In this document: positions 39,213 to 51,656 of the stretch, one piece after another
Numbering within the stretch: position 1 is the stretch's first letter
How the letters are laid out: each line of letters starts with the position of its first letter
NCBI RefSeq assembly: GCF_035594765.1
Contig: NC_085843.1
Coordinates: 25,497,955 to 25,561,954 of the forward strand
Direction of reading: 5' to 3'
DNA length: 64,000 nt
Source of the DNA: Anolis carolinensis
Lineage: Eukaryota
Notes under the pieces: model-generated
Database searches by the model: none
What the model was told of the DNA's origin: nothing
The model's input: only the letters and a program-made list of their open reading frames with translations
Position numbers and translations under genes: made by a program

Positions 39213-40079
39213 TATGCTTAGTGTGTTTTTAGAGGAAATGGTGAAAAAATGCTACTTTATCTTAGTAGTGATGTATGTTGCACCAATTAGGCTGTATCTG
39301 GATTGGTCATTGAAGGTAAATTAGGCTTAATATACAAGTCTCAATCACTGACACACATATATCCAAGGAAAAACTGGTGTGGGGCAGAAAACAATCTAAT
39401 TCATGTCACCCTTTCAACCTCATGCCTTGTTTGAGATGAGGAGATAACCTGCTAATTTATCTTAAAACTATGCCACGTAGTACATAGGAGGAAGAAATGT
39501 TATGAGAGACAGGCTGGAGTGGGAGACTAGCCACAGGAGAAACAAACAGGAAAGAACTGGTTGGAGTGGAGAGAATGAAAACTGCTTGCACACACATAAA
39601 GAACGAGAAAAGCAAGAAACACAAGAAGAGATAAACAGCCGGTTTGACTGTAGAGTCCTTAAACACTTCCCAGATGTTTTTATTTATGTGTTGTACTTCA
39701 AAAGCAAACAGACAATATAACCTTTTGACAATTGAGATTTCAATATTTTTCTGGATGGAACTGGTGTGCATCCTGGGAGTGCTCTTAGATCTGATGTGCT
39801 CCCAAATTGTTATGTGGTCAGCTTTCTCTGTCTTTATAAGGTACTTTCTACTAGAGGCAGAGGATTTTTGCTTTTAATAATGAACAATGAGTTTCTCATG
39901 TTCTTGAATTTTAAGAATTTGAGCCTTTAAGCTCATTCCTGCAGACTCAGTAATTAGAAAACCAGTTGTGCCTTTTGTAGAGGTTGCTTTATTGGTTCAC
40001 TGGGCGGTAAAGACTCACGGCACACAAGCAAATTGAGAGCCCCTAACATCAGAGAATTATAGCTTATATGCATTTTTTA

Positions 40080-41900
40080 TCTTCATCATGGACAATCACT
40101 CATGGCTGAGTATGATTGCATTCCAAGGGTGGTGGCTCTGTAAGTGACTGTGAAGACCCATTCTGGATCTACTGGTCTTTCACATTGAGGACATAGTTTT
40201 CCAGACTGAGAGCAGTCACAATTTGCTTAATGTGCCTTCCTCTTGACATGTTTCTTTCTTTTACCCTGTATTCGATCTTCTAAATGCATAGCACTATTGG
40301 TAACAGCTGACCTCCAGTTTCAATGCTCAAGTGCCAAGGCTTCCAGTTCTTGGTGTTTATATATAAAAAAATTAGGTTAGCTTTAAGCCCATCTTTAAAT
40401 CTCTTTTGTTGTCCGTTTTTCATTCTTGAGTTGAGACTAGAGTAACTGCTTTGAGAGACAGTGATCGGGCATTTGAACAACATGGCCAGTCCAGCGAAGT
40501 TTATGGTGGAGAATCATCACTTCAGTGATACTGGTTTTTGCTCCTTCCAGAATGCTGGCATTTGTCCACCTGTCTTCCCAAGAAATGTGCAGGATTTTTC
40601 AGAGGCCACAGTGATGGTATCTTTCCAGAGATTGAGAGTGATGTTTATAGATGATCCATGTTTCACAGACATACAGTATGGTTGGAAGGACAATAGCTTT
40701 ATAAATATACATCTTGATATCCCTTTAAATGTCCTGATTCTCAAGCATTCGATGCTTAATTTGAAATAATGCTACACTCACAGAGCTTAGACAGTGGTGC
40801 ATGTTGGCATCAATGCCAACTTTTGTGGGAAAGTGGCAGCCTAGGTTGACATTTTTGAGCATTACACCATTAAGCTGTATTGCTGGTGTTGCAGAGGGAT
40901 TGATTTATGCCTGCTGGTAGAGCACTTTGGTTTTTTAATGTCAAGTGATGTTAAGTCCCATTCTTAGGACACTTCTATGGGCTGCTTTTGTTCTCAATCC
41001 CCATTCTTAAAAGACACCCCATCGGAATGCCCCTCAAAACACAACAGTGCAACAACAAAACGGGGCGGGCAAGTTAGACACTTCCCTTTCCACGTGTTTT
41101 CTAGGTGTCTTCAGAGCTTCCTCTTCAGAGGACACTTCTGCTACATTTCAAGGGCAGGGAGCTATGTATGATGGCCGGAAGTGCTTAAACATCATGTGAT
41201 GAGCTCCATGCCTCTCTGTGCTTGAAAAGCTGCTCAAGTGTCCTACAATGGGGAAACTTCTCCATGTGATCAAACTATATTATCATCACCATACTGGAGT
41301 TCTATAACAAAAGTTATTGTTACTTTACTTTTGGTTTTCAGCCTGCTGAGGTTAAAGAGCTTGCAGTCAGTTTGAGAGGGGATTTCCACACCGGTGGGAA
41401 GTTTCCTGTCAACAAGATATGGAATCATAATGATAAAGATATACATGAGCATTTGAAGCAATGGCGCAACCCTGCTTGGCACCTGATCTCACTTTAAATT
41501 GATTACTTTGGGAACCATTGCCATCCAAGACTGTTGCCATCATGTCATTATGGAGGAACCACAGGATGCTCATAAATTTATCAGGATATCCCATTTTTAA
41601 GACGATAGTTCAGAGAGCATTATGATTCACAACGTCAAAGGTGAATGAATGCCATGTACAAAGGTTGATTTTGTCCCCTACATTTCTCTTGGAGCTATTT
41701 TGCAGTGAAAATCATATCCACTGTTCCTCCAAAGGGGCAGAAGCCATTTTTGGGATTCAGGGAGGATTTCTTCTGAAACAGGTAGAAGGCGGTTTGCAAG
41801 GATTCTTGCAAGGGTTTCTGACAAAATTTGGAATTCCCCTTTTTACCCATATTTGCTTGTTTCCTGTTTCACCCCCATGCATCCCTTATATGGGTAAGTT
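40080..41900 (-). mobile_element. Old RTE-clade LINE fragment (non-BovB), degenerate; duplicated at ~46480-49430
   Basis: GYPDKF, KQGC.IA, IELQYGDD and YKAIVLPTILY.CETW motifs; probable small TIR element nested at ~40950-41270. Confidence 0.75.
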
Positions 41901-42084
41901 TTTCAATGTGTGATAATTTGTTTCTTTGGTTTATTACCCAACTTATCTTCTAGCCTAGGATAAAGATTCTTGCTCCATCATTTGAAAAACTAAATGTCTC
42001 ATTGTAGCAATTCTCCCTTAGAGCACAGTCCTAGGAATTTCCATATTTCACAATGTTCTTAAAGAATTTTTTGGTTTGCGGATG

Positions 42085-42113
42085 TGAGTCAGTTCAAATA
42101 CCTGGCCTATAAA
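42085..42113 (+). promoter_or_regulatory. Duplicated core promoter of D': AP-1 plus TATA
   Basis: TGAGTCA at 42085-42091; TATAAA at 42108-42113; identical to 49610-49638. Confidence 0.6.
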
Positions 42114-42174
42114 TTCGCAGTGCTGTTCCTTTTCAGTTAGGTTTCTGCATCTAGACTCAAAAGTATTTGGTACA

Positions 42175-42351
42175 ATGTACAGAATGCTCTCTATCAGTAC
42201 TCTGCTCCTCCTGATCCTTTCCTGTTGCCTCTGGGACGCAGATGCCCGAGCCTATAATTCTGTTATTGAGGTGCCAAATGGAGGCCCTTGGGGTATATGG
42301 GGAAACATTCATCTTTGCCCCTATGGGTATGCCAAAGGTTTCTCATTAAAG
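42175..42351 (+). pseudogene. VMO1: Orphan duplicate of VMO1 paralog D exon 1 (D') with a destroyed splice donor
   Basis: One coding difference (L/F at codon 5) from 49700-49876; donor reads AAG|ATAAGT instead of AAG|GTAAGT; no private exons 2-3. Confidence 0.85.
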
Positions 42352-42679
42352 ATAAGTTTCTTTTCCTTTTCAGACACTGTACTGATGCCTCCAAGCAATT
42401 TAGAATGCAACTTTAACCACCCTAGCCAACATGACAGTCATGTATCATGAGTGTTGTGGTCCCAGATATCTGGAGAGCACCAGGTTAGGAAAATTTGATC
42501 TAATGGCACAGATCTCATATTTGGTACAGAGAAAGCCCATGCAACTGAAAAGGAGAGGGTGTTGCTCCTAACAAAATTGTGGTGGGGTAGGAAAGGCACA
42601 GTGAGCCAGTGTGTGTGTGTGTGTGTGTGTTGATATCTCTGCAGACAAAAGCTACATCTCCAATGCATGCTGAAGCATA

Positions 42680-43004
42680 GGTAAAGGTTTTCCCCTGACG
42701 TTAAGTCCAGTCATGTCTGCCTCTGGGGGTTGGTGCTCATCTCCATTTCTAAGCCGAAGAGCCGGCGTTGTGCGTAGACACCTCCAAGGTCATGTGGCCG
42801 GCATGACTGCATGGAGCGCCGTTACCTTCCCGCCGGAGTGGTACCTATTGATCTACTCACATTGGCATGTTTTCGAACTGCTAGGTTGGCAGAAGCTTGA
42901 GCTAACAGTGGCCGCTCATGCCGCTCCCGGAGTTTGAACCTGGGACTTTCGGTCTGCAAGTTCAGCAGCTCAGTGCTTTAACACACTTTGCCACCGGGGC
43001 TCCT
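42680..43004 (-). mobile_element. Sauria SINE
   Basis: tRNA-like head; ACCTTT-type tail; 13-bp TSD ATGCTGAAGCATA. Confidence 0.9.
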
Positions 43005-43704
43005 ATGCTGAAGCATACAAAAAGTCAAAAACAGCACATTAAAAAACCTCACCAGTAAGTTCAGAAAAAGTCAAATAATGCACTGCATCTGATCAAAGTA
43101 TATCCTATGCAGGGCTCAAATCCGGATATGCTTTGATTGTCTGCAGTTTGAGCCACCCTGATCCTCCAACTGAGAATCAGACTTCCCTGTGGTTCGCTGA
43201 CCACAGACACTGACTGACTGACTGAGTTTCCCTCCAAATTCTGCTCTCTCTTCAGCTAACCCAGTTGTGGCTCCGCCCCCTTCTCCATGGCAACCAACTC
43301 TGAGTGATGAGTAACTGAAATATTAACCCTTTTTAAAACACAGTTAAACATGACTTTTAAAACAAAATTAAACATGACATCTGTAAACTAAAATTCATAC
43401 TTCTTTACACATGTGTTTTGAACTTCAGTGCACAGAATTCCTGAACATTGAACAAGTTGGCTAGAGTTTTTGGGAGTTGGAGGCCCAAATACCTGCCCTA
43501 AAACCACACGTGATTTTCAACATTACCTATCACTCTTAAGGTGTTGAATTTACCCTCTCTGGCAGCCATCTTGGGTTCCACTTTGGATAAAAGGCAGCAT
43601 ACAATTGAAATAAATGAACAAATTCCAAAGGTTAAATTTTCCTGGGCACTGTTACAAATACTCCTTTGTATACTACAGTATATGCAGTGCACAAAATAAT
43701 AATA

Positions 43705-44130
43705 ACATACTTTATTTATATTCCACTTTATCTCTCCGAGGGGACTCAGAGCAGATTACAGATACATATATGGCAAACATGAAATGCCATTATGCAATTG
43801 ACAAAGACAGATCGTACATAAACTGAGGCAAGCTTCCCTCATTTTCCATCTAGGGCATCTGAAGGCTGTGCTCGATTCGGCCATGGGGAGGCACTGTTGT
43901 TTCATTTTTCCACACCAAGGAGCCCATTGTTTGTGGACGCCTTCCTGAGCAAATTACGGGCATGTTTTTCAGGGGCATCTTTTACTTCCCCATCAAAGTG
44001 GTACCTATTTATCTACTCACATTGTTGTTTTCGAACAGTTAGACAAGCAAAAGGTACAGTTGATGGCAGGAACTCACTCCACCCGTGGCTTGAACTGGTC
44101 AGCAAAATCTTCTGTAGCTGGCGGTTTACC
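43705..44130 (-). mobile_element. tRNA-head SINE with an L2-type 3' tail (older relative of 53183-53668)
   Basis: Shared GGGGACTCAG tail stem, AAGTGGTACCTATT core and B-box-like GAAC segment. Confidence 0.6.
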
Positions 44131-44832
44131 AAAATATTCGTTAACAAAATATAAACCTCATAATGCAGAGGTGGTCAGGACTTCTTAATTTGATATAGGG
44201 GATATAAAAATAGTGGATGAAATCTCAAAAAGTGTAAAATTTTATAAGTACATTTTTGATAAATAGCACATTTTCCATAAATAGCTGGAACAGGAATGAA
44301 AATATGCAACATAACCCCAAAACCTGCAAAAATACTTTACAAAGTGAAGGTTTGGTTGTTAAACATTTGATGCTTTCAGTATGAATGTGCTGTACACTAC
44401 ATGTAAAGTCCATGGGTACCTAAACCTGCATGGGTACCCAAACCTAAAGTGCTGTTTCGGACCAGCCTCAAATTCTGCAGAAGTGTTTACACATTCTACT
44501 CCTGAATAGTGGCAGCAGTGCATAGCCAGAGACTCAGAATGCACATTTTGGAGGAGTTACATCCCTGCAGCAGCACTTAGCTAAACACACTTTGAACTTT
44601 TTCATAGCACTTTGGCAAATGCTTGGTTCAATCACAAGCAAGATGGCTTTGCAACAGAAGAACTTGTTTTCAGTAGCCTCGTGTGAGAATGTCCTAAGTT
44701 GCACATTTTCAAAAAATGATTGATTTATTTATGTTTGGAAGATATTCTATCCAATACCAGCCTTCTTTCTGCTTTATTGAACTTGCAGAATCACATCTCC
44801 AAAGTGCTTGTGCAGACTCCTCAAGTTGGCAA

Positions 44833-45610
44833 TGCTGCTCTGCTGCTGCTCATTTGTTTAGTCGTCTCCGACTCTTCATGACCTCCTGGACCAGTCCACA
44901 CCAGAGCTCCCTGTCGGCCGTCACTGCCCCCAGTTCCTTCAAGGTCAAGCCAGTCACTTCAAGGATACCGTCCATCCATCTTGCCCTTGGTGGGCCTCTC
45001 TTCCTTTTTCCTTCCATTTTCCCCAGCATCGTGATCTTTTCCAAGCTTTCTTGTCTCCTCATGATGTGGCCAAAATACTTCAGCTTTGCCTCTAATATCC
45101 TTCCCTCCAGTGAACAGCCGGGCATTATTTCCTGGAGGATGGACTGGTTGGATCTTCTTTTGGTCCAAGGCACTCTCAGGATTTTCCTCCAGCACCAGAG
45201 TTCAAAAGTGTCTATCTTCCTTCGCTCAGCCTTCCTTATGGTCCAGCTCTCGCAGCCATAGGTTACTATGGGGAATACCATTGCTTTGACTATGCGGACC
45301 TTCGTTGCCAGTGTGATGTCTCTGCTTTTCACTATTTTGTCAAGGTTGGCCATTGCTCTCCTCCCAAGAAGTAAACGTCTTCTGATTTCCTGGCTGCAGT
45401 CTGCATCTGCAGTGATCTTTGCACCTAGAAATATCAAGTCTGTCACTGCCTCCACGTTTTCTCCCTCTATTTGCCAGTTATCAATAGGTGTCATTGCCAT
45501 GATCTTGGTTTTCTTGACGTTTAACTGCAACCCAGCTTTTGCACTTTCTTCTTTCACCTTGGTGATAAGGCTCCTCCTCAGCTCTTCCTCACTTTCGGCC
45601 ATCAGAGTGG
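44833..45610 (-). mobile_element. BovB-like RTE LINE, 5'-truncated (left edge of duplication copy 2)
   Basis: Open ORF 44850-45602 with BovB motifs; same 5' junction as the 38443 copy. Confidence 0.9.
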
Positions 45611-47106
45611 TATGCTTAGTGTGGTTTTAGAGGAAGTGGTGAAAAAATGCTACTTTATCTTAGTAGTGATGTATGTTGCACCAATTAGGCTGTATCTGGA
45701 TTGGTCATTGAAGGTAAATTAGTCTTGATATACAAGTCTCAATCACTGACACACATATCTCCAAGGAAATTCTGGTGTGGGGCAGAAAACAATCTAATTC
45801 ATGTCACCCTTTCAACCTCATGCCTTGTTTGAGATGAGGAGATAACCTGCTAATTTATCTTAAAACTATGCCACGTAGTACATAGGAGGAAGAAATGTTA
45901 TGAGAGACAGGCTGGAGTGGGAGACTAGCCACAGGAGAAACAAACAGGAAAGAACTGGTTGGAGTGGAGAGAATGAAAACTGCTTGCACACACATAAAGA
46001 ACGAGAAAAGCAAGAAACGCAAGAAGAGATAAACAGCCGGTTTGACTGTAGAGTCCTTAAACACTTCCCAGATGTTTTTATTTATGTGTTGTACTTCAAA
46101 AGCAAACAGACAATATAACCTTTTGACAATTGAGATTTCAATTTTTTTCTGGATGGAACTGGTGTGCAACCTGGGAGTGCTCTTAGATCTGATGTGCTCC
46201 CAAATTGTTATGTGGTCAGCTTCCTCTGTCTTTATAAGGTACTTTCTACTAAAGGCAGAGTAATTCTTCTTTTAATAACGAACAATGAGTTTCTCATGTT
46301 CTTGAATTTTAAGAATTTGAGCCTTTAAGCTCATTCCTGCAGACCCAGTAATTAGAAAACCAGTTGTGCCTTTTGTAGAGGTTGCTTTATTGGTTCACTG
46401 GGCGGTAAAGACTCACGGCACACAAGCAAATTGAGAGCCCCTAACATCAGAGCATTATAGCTTATATGCATTTTTTTATCTTCATCATGGGCAATCACTC
46501 GTGGCTGAGTATGATTGCATTCCAAGGTTAGAATCTTGGTGGTGGCTCTGTAAGTGACTGTGAAGACCCATTCTGGATCTACTAGTCTTTCACATTGAGG
46601 ACATAGTTTTCCAGACTGAGAGCAGCCACAATTTGCTTAATGTGCCTTCCTCTTGACATGTTTCTTCCTTTCACCCTGTATTCGATCTTCGAAATGCATA
46701 GCACCATTGGTAACAGCCAACCTCCAGTTTCAATGCTCAAGTGCCAAGGCTTCCAGTTCTTGGTGTTTATATCAAAAAAAATTTAGGTTAGCTTTAAGCC
46801 CATCGTTAAATCTCTTTTGTTGTCCGTTTTTCATTCTTGAGTTGAGACTAGAGTAACTGCTTTGGGAGACAGTGATCGGGCATTTGAACAACATGGCCAG
46901 TCCAGCGAAGTTTATGGTGGAGAATCATCACTTCAGTGATACTGGTTTTTGCTCCTTCCAGAATGCTGGCATTTGTCCACCTGTCTTCCCAAGAAATGTG
47001 CAGGATTTTTCAGAGGCCACAGTGATGGTATCTTTCCAGAGATTGAGAGTGATGGGGTTGTTGTATGTCTTTCGGGCTGTGTGGCCATGTTCCAGAAGTA
47101 TTCTCT

Positions 47107-47147
47107 CCTGACGTTTCGCCCACATCTATGGCAGGCATCCTCAGAGG
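47107..47147 (-). ncRNA. Minimal hammerhead ribozyme motif, intact
   Basis: CCU-CUGAGGA-U-GCCUGC...GUGGGC-GAAA-CG-UC-AGG. Confidence 0.8.
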
Positions 47148-48037
47148 TTGTGAGGTATGGATAAACTAAGTAAGGAAAGGAAATAATATATATCTGTGTA
47201 GAGTCCAAGGTGTGGCAAGAGTTCTTTGTCACTGGGAGCCAGCATTAATGTTTCAGTTAATCACCCTAATTGGCAATGGAAATGTTTTGTCCCTTGCCTG
47301 GGGGCATCCTTTGTTCAGTCAAGTCCTCATTGTGTTGGTTCCCATCTACTGTTTTGATTTTGGAGTTTTGTAATACTGGTAGCCAGATTTTGTTTATTTT
47401 CATGGTTTCTTCCTTTCTGTTGAAGTTGTCCACATGCTTGTGGATTTCAATGGCTTCTCTGTGTAGTCTGACATGATAGTTGTTAGAATGGTCCAGCATT
47501 TTTGTGTTCTCAAATAGTATCCGGTGTCCAGGCTGGTTTATCAAATGCTCTGCTATGGCTGATTTCTCTGGTTGAATTAGTCTGCAGTGCCTTTCATGTT
47601 CTTTGACTCTTGTTTGGGCGCTGCGTTTGGTGGTCCCTATGTATACTTGTCCACAGCTGCATGGTATCCGGTAGACTCCTGCAGAAGAGAGAGGATCCCT
47701 CTTGTCCTTCGCTGACCGTAGCATTTGTTGGATTTTCTTTGTGGGTCTGTAGATAGTTTGTAGGTTGTGCTTCTTCATCACTTTGCCTATGCGGTCAGTA
47801 GTTCCCTTGATGTATGGTAAGAACACCTTTCCTCTGGGTGGATCTTTGTCTTGACTCTCATGGCTTGTTCTTGGCCTTGCAGCTCTTCTGATATCTGTGG
47901 TGGAGTATCCATTGGCCTGTAGAGCCCAGTTTAGGTGGTTGAGTTCACCTTGGAGGAGGTGAGGTTCGCAGATTCTTTGTGCATGGTCTATCAGGGCTTT
48001 GATTGATTTGATTACTTAGTTTATCCATACCTCACAA

Positions 48038-48078
48038 CCTCTGAGGATGCCTGCCATAGATGTGGGCGAAACGTCAGG
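48038..48078 (+). ncRNA. Minimal hammerhead ribozyme motif, intact
   Basis: Same motif in the inverted pLTR; predicted cleavage after C48075. Confidence 0.8.
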
Positions 48079-49609
48079 AGAGAATACTTCTGGAACATGG
48101 CCACACAGCCCGAAAGACATACAACAACCCTGTGATCCTGGCCATGAAAGCCTTCGACAACACATTGAGAGTGATGTTTATAGATGATCCATGTTTCACA
48201 GACATATAGTATGGTTGGAAGGACAATAGCTTTATAAATATACATCTTGATATCCCTATAAATGTCCTAATTCTCAAGCACTCAATGCTTAATTTGAAAT
48301 AATGCTACACTCACAGAGCTTAGACAGTGGTGCATGTTGGCATCAATGCCAACTTTTGTGGGAAAGTGGCAGCCTAGGTTAACATTTTTGAGCATTACAC
48401 CATTAAGCTGTATTCTTGACGTTGCAGAGGGATTGAGTTGTGCCTGCTGGTAGAGCACTTTGGTTTTTTAATATCAAGTGATGTTAAGTCCCATTCTTAG
48501 GACACTTCTATGGGCTGCTTTTGTTCTCAATCCCCATTCTTAAAACGCACCCCATCGGAATGCCCCTCAAAACACAACAGTGCAACAACAAAATGGGGCG
48601 GGCAAGTTAGACACTTCCCTTCCCACGTGTTTTCTACGGGTTTTCCTCTTCAGAGGACGCTTCTGCTACATTTCAAGGGCAGGGAGCTATGTATGATGGC
48701 CGGAAGTGCTTAAACATCATGTGATGAGCTCCATGCCTCTCTGTGCTTGAAAAGCTGCTCAAGTGTCCTACAATGGGGAAACTTCTCCATGTGATCAAAC
48801 TATATTATCATCACCATACTGGAGTTCTATAACAAAAGTTATTGTTACTTTACTTTTGGTTTTCAGCCTGCTGAGGTTAAAGAGCTTGCAGTCAGTTTGA
48901 GAGGGGATTTCCACACCGGTGGGAAGTTTCCTGTCAACAAGATATGGAATCATAATGATAAAGATATACATGAGCATTTGAAGCAATGGCGCAACCCTGC
49001 TTGGCACCTGATCTCACTTTAAATTGATTACTTTGGGAACCATTGCCATCCAAGACTGTTGCCATCATGTCATTATGGAGGAACCACAGGATGCTCATAA
49101 ATTTATCAGGATATCCCATTTTTAAGACGATAGTTCAGAGAGCATTATGATTCACAACGTCAAAGGTGAATGAATGCCATGTACAAAGGTTGATTTTGTC
49201 CCCTACATTTCTCTTGGAGCTATTTTGCAGTGAAAATCATATCCACTGTTCCTCCAAAGGGGCAGAAGCCATTTTTGGGATTCAGGGAGGATTTCTTCTG
49301 AAACAGGTAGAAGGCGGTTTGCAAGGATTCTTGCAAGGGTTTCTGACAAAATTTGGAATTCCCCTTTTTACCCATATTTGCTTGTTTCCTGTTTCACCCC
49401 CATGCATCCCTTATATGGGTAAGTTTTTCAATGTGTGGTAATTTGTTTCTTTGGTTTATTACCCAACTTATCTTCTAGCCTAGGATAAAGATTCTTGCTC
49501 CATCATTTGGAAAACTAAATGTCTCGTTGTAGCAATTCTCCCTTAGAGCACAGTCCTAGGAATTTCCATATTTCACAATGTTCTTAAAGAATTTCTTGGT
49601 TTGCGGATG

Positions 49610-49638
49610 TGAGTCAGTTCAAATACCTGGCCTATAAA
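49610..49638 (+). promoter_or_regulatory. Paralog D core promoter: AP-1 plus TATA
   Basis: TGAGTCA at 49610-49616; TATAAA at 49633-49638, ~60 bp before the ATG. Confidence 0.65.
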
Positions 49639-49699
49639 TTCGCAGTGCTGTTCCTTTTCAGTTAGGTTTCTGCATCTAGACTCAAAAGTATTTGGTACA

Positions 49700-49876
49700 A
49701 TGTACAGAATGTTCTCTATCAGTACTCTGCTCCTCCTGATCCTTTCCTGTTGCCTCTGGGACGCAGATGCCCGAGCCTATAATTCTGTTATTGAGGTGCC
49801 AAATGGAGGCCCTTGGGGTATATGGGGAAACATTCATCTTTGCCCCTATGGGTATGCCAAAGGTTTCTCATTAAAG
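49700..49876 (+). CDS. VMO1: VMO1-like paralog D, exon 1
   Basis: [24 protein letters not shown]...[13 protein letters not shown]...[12 protein letters not shown]; donor AAG|GTAAGT. Confidence 0.93.
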
Positions 49877-50133
49877 GTAAGTTTCTTTTCCTTTTCAGAC
49901 ACTGTACTGATGCCTCCAAGCAATTTAGAATGCAACTTTAAGCACCCTAGCCAACATGGCAGTCATGTATCATGAGTGTTGTGGTCCCAGATATCTGGAG
50001 AGCACCAGGTTAGGAAAATTTGATCTAATGGCACAGATCTCATATTTGGTACAGAGAAAGCCCATGCAACTGAAAAGGAGAGGGTGTTGCTCCTAACAAA
50101 ATTGTGGTGGGGTAGGAAAGGTACAGTGAGCCA

Positions 50134-50164
<31 letters not shown>

Positions 50165-50207
50165 TGTGTGTTGATATCTCTGCAGACAAAATGCATGCTG
50201 AAGCATA

Positions 50208-50566
50208 GGTAAAGGTTTTCCCCTGACGTTAAGTCCAGTCATGTCTGACTCTGGGGGTTGGTGCTCATCTCCATTTCTAAGCCGAAGAGCCGGCGTTGTG
50301 CATTCACTTCAGTTCCTAGGTATGGTTCTTATATCGTCCCAGCCTCCATCCAAGGTCATGTGGCCGGCACGACTGCATGGAGCGCTGTTACCTTCCCGCC
50401 AGAGGATCTATTGATCTACTCACATTGGCATGTTTTCGAACTGCTAGGTTGGCAGAAGCTGGACTAACAGTGGCCGCTCATGCCGCTCCCAGAGTTTGAA
50501 CCTGGGACTTTCGGTCTGCAAGTTCAGCAGCTCAGTGCTTTAACATACTTCGGCACCGGCACTCCT
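50208..50566 (-). mobile_element. Sauria SINE (duplicate of 42680) carrying a templated insertion
   Basis: Same TSD ATGCTGAAGCATA; foreign segment at 50302-50348. Confidence 0.9.
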
Positions 50567-50892
50567 ATGCTGAAGCATACAATAAGTCAAAAACAACACA
50601 TTAAGAAACCTCACCAGTAAGTTCAGAAAAAGTCAAATAATGCACTGCATCTGATTAAAGTATAGCCTATGCAGGGCTCAAATCCAGATATGCTTTGATT
50701 GTCTGCAGTTCATTGGTGTATCTCAGTGAACTGGTTAAAAAAATACTCTGTATTTTCTGGTGACTGTTTAGCCCCATTGCCAGGTACAGTTCCTAGGTAT
50801 GATTTGCATTCACTTCAGTTCCTAGGTATGGTTCTTATATCGTCCCAGCCTCCATCCAGTTCCTGAGATGTCGATGTACAGTGAAGCCAGCT

Positions 50893-51365
50893 CATAGAAT
50901 CATGGAATTGGAGGGAGTACAAAGGTCATTCAGTCCATCCTCTTGCCATGCAAGAAAACACAATCAAAGCACTCCAGGCAGATGCCATCTAGCATCTGCT
51001 TTAAAACCTCCAGAGAAGGAGACTCCTCCACCCTGCAAGGCAGCATATTCCTATATCAAACTGCTCTTGCAATCAGGAAGTTTTTTTAATGTTTAAATTG
51101 GATCTTTTTTTCCCCTGCGATTTGAGTCCATTGCTCCATGTCCTAGTCTCCAGATGAAAAGATGATGTGACATTTCAGATATTGAAACATGGCTATCATA
51201 TCTCCTCTGGGCCTTCTTTTCTCCAAGCGAAATATACTCAGCTCACTCAACTGTTTCTCATAGGGTTTCATTTCCAGTCTTGGTCCCCCTTCTCTGGATA
51301 TGTTCTAACTTGTCAATATATTTCTTGACTTGCGGTGCCCAAAAATGGACACAGTATTCTAGATG
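50893..51365 (-). mobile_element. Older CR1 3' fragment
   Basis: [12 protein letters not shown] motif; CATAGAATCAT tail. Confidence 0.75.
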
Positions 51366-51561
51366 AAATCTATGATTTCGTTCAATCACAACGCTACTCT
51401 CTGATTGATGCAGTTTATAATCATTTTCATCCACTTCCAAATTGGAATATAGTGTCTGTGTAGAACTGTATTTGGTCTCAATTCATGGAGAAATATGCAC
51501 AGTGTGGCAGTTCTAGATTTATCCAGTTTCACAAAAGTCTCTTTCTCTTTTTCTCCGCCAG

Positions 51562-51656
51562 GTGGAACCCGGTCAAGGTAAAGGGGATGACACAGCCTTG
51601 AATGGAATACGCCTATATTGTAATGATGGAACAATAATAGAGTCAAAAGTTGGAGC
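51562..51656 (+). CDS. VMO1: VMO1-like paralog D, exon 2
   Basis: 95 bp; polypyrimidine CAG| acceptor and |GTGAGT donor; [32 protein letters not shown]. Confidence 0.94.

Larger units (their letters stand above)
39120..43148 (+). repeat. Segmental duplication, copy 1 (partner ~45518-50710)
   Basis: Near-identical collinear sequence; identity ends after GTCTGCAGTT at 43148 and 50710. Confidence 0.95.
47055..48163 (-). mobile_element. Penelope (Poseidon-type) element with inverted pLTRs
   Basis: GIY-YIG ORF 47266-47826; ~120-bp inverted repeat at the two ends; 13-bp TSD ATTGAGAGTGATG; empty site visible at 40631-40643. Confidence 0.95.
45518..50710 (+). repeat. Segmental duplication, copy 2 (contains the functional D promoter and exon 1, plus a later Penelope insertion)
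   Basis: Collinear with 39120-43148 apart from the 47055-48163 insertion and small indels. Confidence 0.95.

Noticed and set aside
43149-43410. LTR-like fragment at the right duplication breakpoint (minus strand begins TGTAAAG)
   Set aside because: Only one end is visible and there is no TSD, so it cannot be supported as a feature
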